Position numbers and translations under genes: made by a program. A model generated the notes under the pieces. The model was not told the origin of the DNA. It saw only the letters and a list, made by a program, of their open reading frames with translations, and searched no databases. A DNA stretch of 64,000 nucleotides from Tubiluchus corallicola (lineage: Eukaryota; Animalia; Priapulida), in NCBI GenBank assembly GCA_030141605.1, contig JAQGDQ010000354.1, positions 124,001 through 188,000 of the forward strand, read 5' to 3'. This document shows, in pieces, positions 61,084-64,000 of the stretch; the first letter of the stretch is position 1; every line of letters begins with the position of its first letter.

Positions 61084-61531
61084 TTGATTGGATGACGCGA
61101 AACAATTGAACAGCTAATGCGATCAGATGTGAAATCAGACAGACAACTTCCACACAGCTGTAAAATGTACACCGGAAATAAATTTTACCGGGATTTTTTT
61201 ACGTAACTTATAATTTATGAAGCATCTACTTAGCAGACGAGCATCATATTATAATATCCACTTCCTGTTTCATCGGAACGGCTAGTATAATTTTAAAAGT
61301 ATCTGGCCAACCGGGCAAGGATTTTATTACGTCCCTGGTGCACAAAAAAATCAATTTTTCCAAAGGGCTCAAAGATGCTGGATTGCTGATTACCGGATTG
61401 TAGCTGTGAGCTACTGTATCTTGCATTCACGAAAAGAAATTTGTTGAAGATGTTGTAATATGAGTTTAGTTGTGGACTGAATTTTACGTAACGGTGAAAA
61501 TATTTGGAGAAATACTCAGCTACAGTTGAAA

Positions 61532-62363
61532 ATGGCGCGCAGTGAAATACCCGTTATTGCAGTGAGCAACAAAGAACGACCAGAGTAAGTATTAATAAAT
61601 AGAAAATTTAAATAGAAATGTAAGTGTAAGTACTGATAAATAGAAAGTTTAAATGTAGGTTTAAGTATACCTATAAGCATACATACATATACATATATAT
61701 ATACATATATATGTATATATATATACTTATATACTTATATATGTATATATATATATATATACATATATAAGTATATAAGTATATATATATACATATATAT
61801 ATATATATGCTGATGAAAAGATTCTGTCACCACCACTTTTTGTCACTTTTGCGATAACTAGTTTCAAATATTTATTGGGTGGATGATCATCAGGTGGATG
61901 AATTGATCAATTTATTTGGCAACAGGCCACTTGATCACTGTGCCGACCACTGGTCAGATCTCATTATTATAATAAATTATATGAAACTAGTTGTGGCAAA
62001 AGTGACAAAAAATGCTGTTGAGAGAATCTTTTTCTGTATATTACTGAGCACCAGTCACGAAACAGAATATTTTTAATATATATTAATAATATATTAAATA
62101 TCTAGAGGTCTTTTTCTGAATTTATGACGAATACACACACACACACACGCGCGCGCGCACACACACACGCACGCACGCACACACACGTGCACACTCACAC
62201 ACGCGCCCACACGCACACGCACGCACGCACGCACACACACACACGTGCACACTCACACACGCACGCACACACACACGCACACACACACACATACACACAC
62301 ACGCGCACACGCGCACACACACACACGCACGCACACACGCACACACGCACACACGCACGCACG

Positions 62364-62395
<32 letters not shown>

Positions 62396-63442
62396 TATGT
62401 ATGTATGTATGTATGTATATTTAGAAGAGACCCTCTAGATTTGTTGATTAATTAACATTATACATGCAGTAGTGAATTATCAAGGTAGGATGTATGCAAT
62501 GTTTGTAGACCACTGTTTCATTGGTGTGGAAATATCATTAGCAAATGGAAACTCAAACAATGAAGTCATATGAAGCTTTAATCTTAATACTCATGCCATT
62601 TTATCTTCGAAAATGTTTGTCCATTGGGAATATACAGTTCCTAACTATTTTTTTACATATTTAGCTTACTAATCCTCTGTTCTTTGTGCAAATATTCATT
62701 TTGTTTGTCTTGTAGTAGAATTTTTAAATATTGATTTTTAATTACGCTTTATTTATTGTTCTAGGTTACTTATGAAGTACAGAAATATACGTAAAATAAA
62801 TAAATTTAATAGTATTTTTTCCAATTGTCAATGACGGTATAGCTAAAGGCGCGTTCAGACTAGTGAGTTTTTCCTCTGATTGCAAAACGTGTGAAGTGCT
62901 TTGCAGGTTACTGTTGGCAAGTTATTGCAAAATCTCCGACAGTTACTGCGAGTTGAGTTACTGTCTAATGTGAACGCCTCGGTAAGTTACTCTCGGCACT
63001 TCTCGCAGTGAATAGAGAAGAGAGTGTTAACTCGCGCTTACTGTCGGAGAGTAACTCTCAGCAAGTTTTGCTCTCTAGGCTGAACACGCTTGCGAGTTAC
63101 TTAGAGTGTTACTCTCGACATTTCTCTGCAGTGAATAGAGAAGTGAGTGTTAACTCGCATTTACTGTCGAAGAGTAACTCACAACAAGTTTTGCTCTCTA
63201 GTCTGAACACGCGTGCGAGTTACTTGGCGAGAAAACTCGCCAGTCTGAACGCATCCATGACTTATTATTTAGAGATGGAAATTTGCCAGATATCGAAAAA
63301 GCTGGCAGTCTTCACGAATTTCTGATGAACCAGCACGATGAGCTGGGAGAGATCTTTTCATTTTGGTGGGGTTCCACCCGCGTGATCAGCATTGCCAAAC
63401 CAGAGTTATTTCAGAACCAAAGAGACGTGGTGGACGTACCAG
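61532..63442 (+). CDS. CYP20A1: Cytochrome P450, CYP20 family-like (copy 2, 5' part only; continues beyond the window). Exons 61532-61584 and 63273-63442
   Basis: Exon 63273-63442 has the same length (170 nt), phases and boundaries as copy-1 exon 45513-45682 and encodes [56 protein letters not shown]. The upstream exon [17 protein letters not shown](E) ends in a phase-2 GTAAGT donor and resembles the IPGITPTEEK segment of CYP20A1. Confidence 0.82.
61816..62035. mobile_element. Small foldback/MITE with about 55-bp imperfect TIRs
   Basis: GAAAAGATTCT...TTTTTGTCACTTTTGC...AACTAGTTTCA is mirrored by TGAAACTAGTT...GCAAAAGTGACAAAAA...AGAATCTTTTTC. Confidence 0.7.
62133..62420. repeat. (CA)n/(CACG)n/(TATG)n microsatellite
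   Basis: Directly visible. Confidence 0.93.
62848..63256. mobile_element. MITE (PIF/Harbinger-like TIR) with internal direct repeats
   Basis: GGCGCGTTCAGACTAGTGAGTTTT...AAAACTCGCCAGTCTGAACGCATCC. It ends 16 bp before the CYP20 copy-2 exon. Confidence 0.65.
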
Positions 63443-63467
63443 GTAAACCTTAGGAGTAAGTCCTGGT

Positions 63468-63874
63468 TAGGGGTGAGCATACTCTACCGGAAAGCGAATT
63501 CGAATCGAACCGCATTTGTGACTTTCGAATTCGAATCGAACCGAACTTCAGTGTTTCGAATCCGAACCGAATTCCAATTGAGATTGAAAGATTTTCGAAC
63601 AAGTTTCCGAACCACCAGTAAAAATTAGTCTTACAAAGATCATGCATATCACTAGATTTTGTTCTGCAATAAAACGACTAGTAATTTGTTTAAAATTGTG
63701 CGCAAAAATCACAGCCAAATTATGCTAATTGCATGATGTTTCAATCGTTTTAGTGATAAAGAACACGTGTGATTGAAGTGCTGAATTATTCGAATCTATA
63801 ATTTTGGATTCGAATCGAATTCGAACTAAAAAAACTCGCTTGAATCGAATTCGAGCGTTCGATGCTCACCCCTA
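63468..63874 (+). mobile_element. hAT-type MITE, family E
   Basis: Perfect 13-bp TIRs and perfect 8-bp TSD GTCCTGGT. Older fragments lie at about 24450-24909 and 40060-40175. Confidence 0.9.
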
Positions 63875-64000
63875 GTCCTGGTTAGCAATGTCATTATGAA
63901 CTGATAAAAGTAACTGAAAATGATGGTAGCAGCAGTAAGTGGGGAGTGCAGAACTTTCACAACTATAAATATAGAAATGTGATTTTTTATTACAGTCACT

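Noticed and set aside
61375-61458. ATG CTG GAT (MLD, like the CYP20A1 start) upstream of copy 2
   Set aside because: A TGA follows at codon 5, the rest is not a hydrophobic helix, and there is no suitable donor. Probably coincidence, though a decayed first exon cannot be excluded.

Overview
This is AT-rich, intron-rich eukaryotic DNA from an invertebrate animal, not a prokaryote. There are no CRISPR arrays, rRNA genes or intact tRNA genes. I reconstructed five spliced protein-coding genes by hand, checking splice sites and codon phase. (1) A tektin-1-like gene on the minus strand, with 7 coding exons visible and its 3' end outside the window. (2) The mitochondrial citrate/tricarboxylate carrier SLC25A1, head-to-head with the tektin, 7 exons, 324 aa, with one GC-AG intron. 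(3) A secreted two-domain Kazal-type protease inhibitor, 4 exons, 137 aa. (4) A near-complete, divergent CYP20-like cytochrome P450. (5) The first exons of a second, tandem CYP20-like paralogue. The rest is non-autonomous DNA transposons (several hAT-type MITE families with 8-bp TSDs, TTAA-flanked Kolobok-type elements, nested Tc1/mariner-type MITEs), solo-LTR-like elements, LINE 3' remnants, tRNA-derived SINEs, and mini/microsatellites. Most ORFs in the supplied track are repeat artefacts. The best leads are the tandem CYP20 pair (no N-terminal membrane anchor found; ExxR changed to ETLG in copy 1), an inverted copy of the Kazal intron/exon junction inside an SLC25A1 intron, tandem repeats that duplicate splice signals, and the GC-AG intron. 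I see no evidence for a wholly new multi-gene system. These are leads to test, not discoveries.
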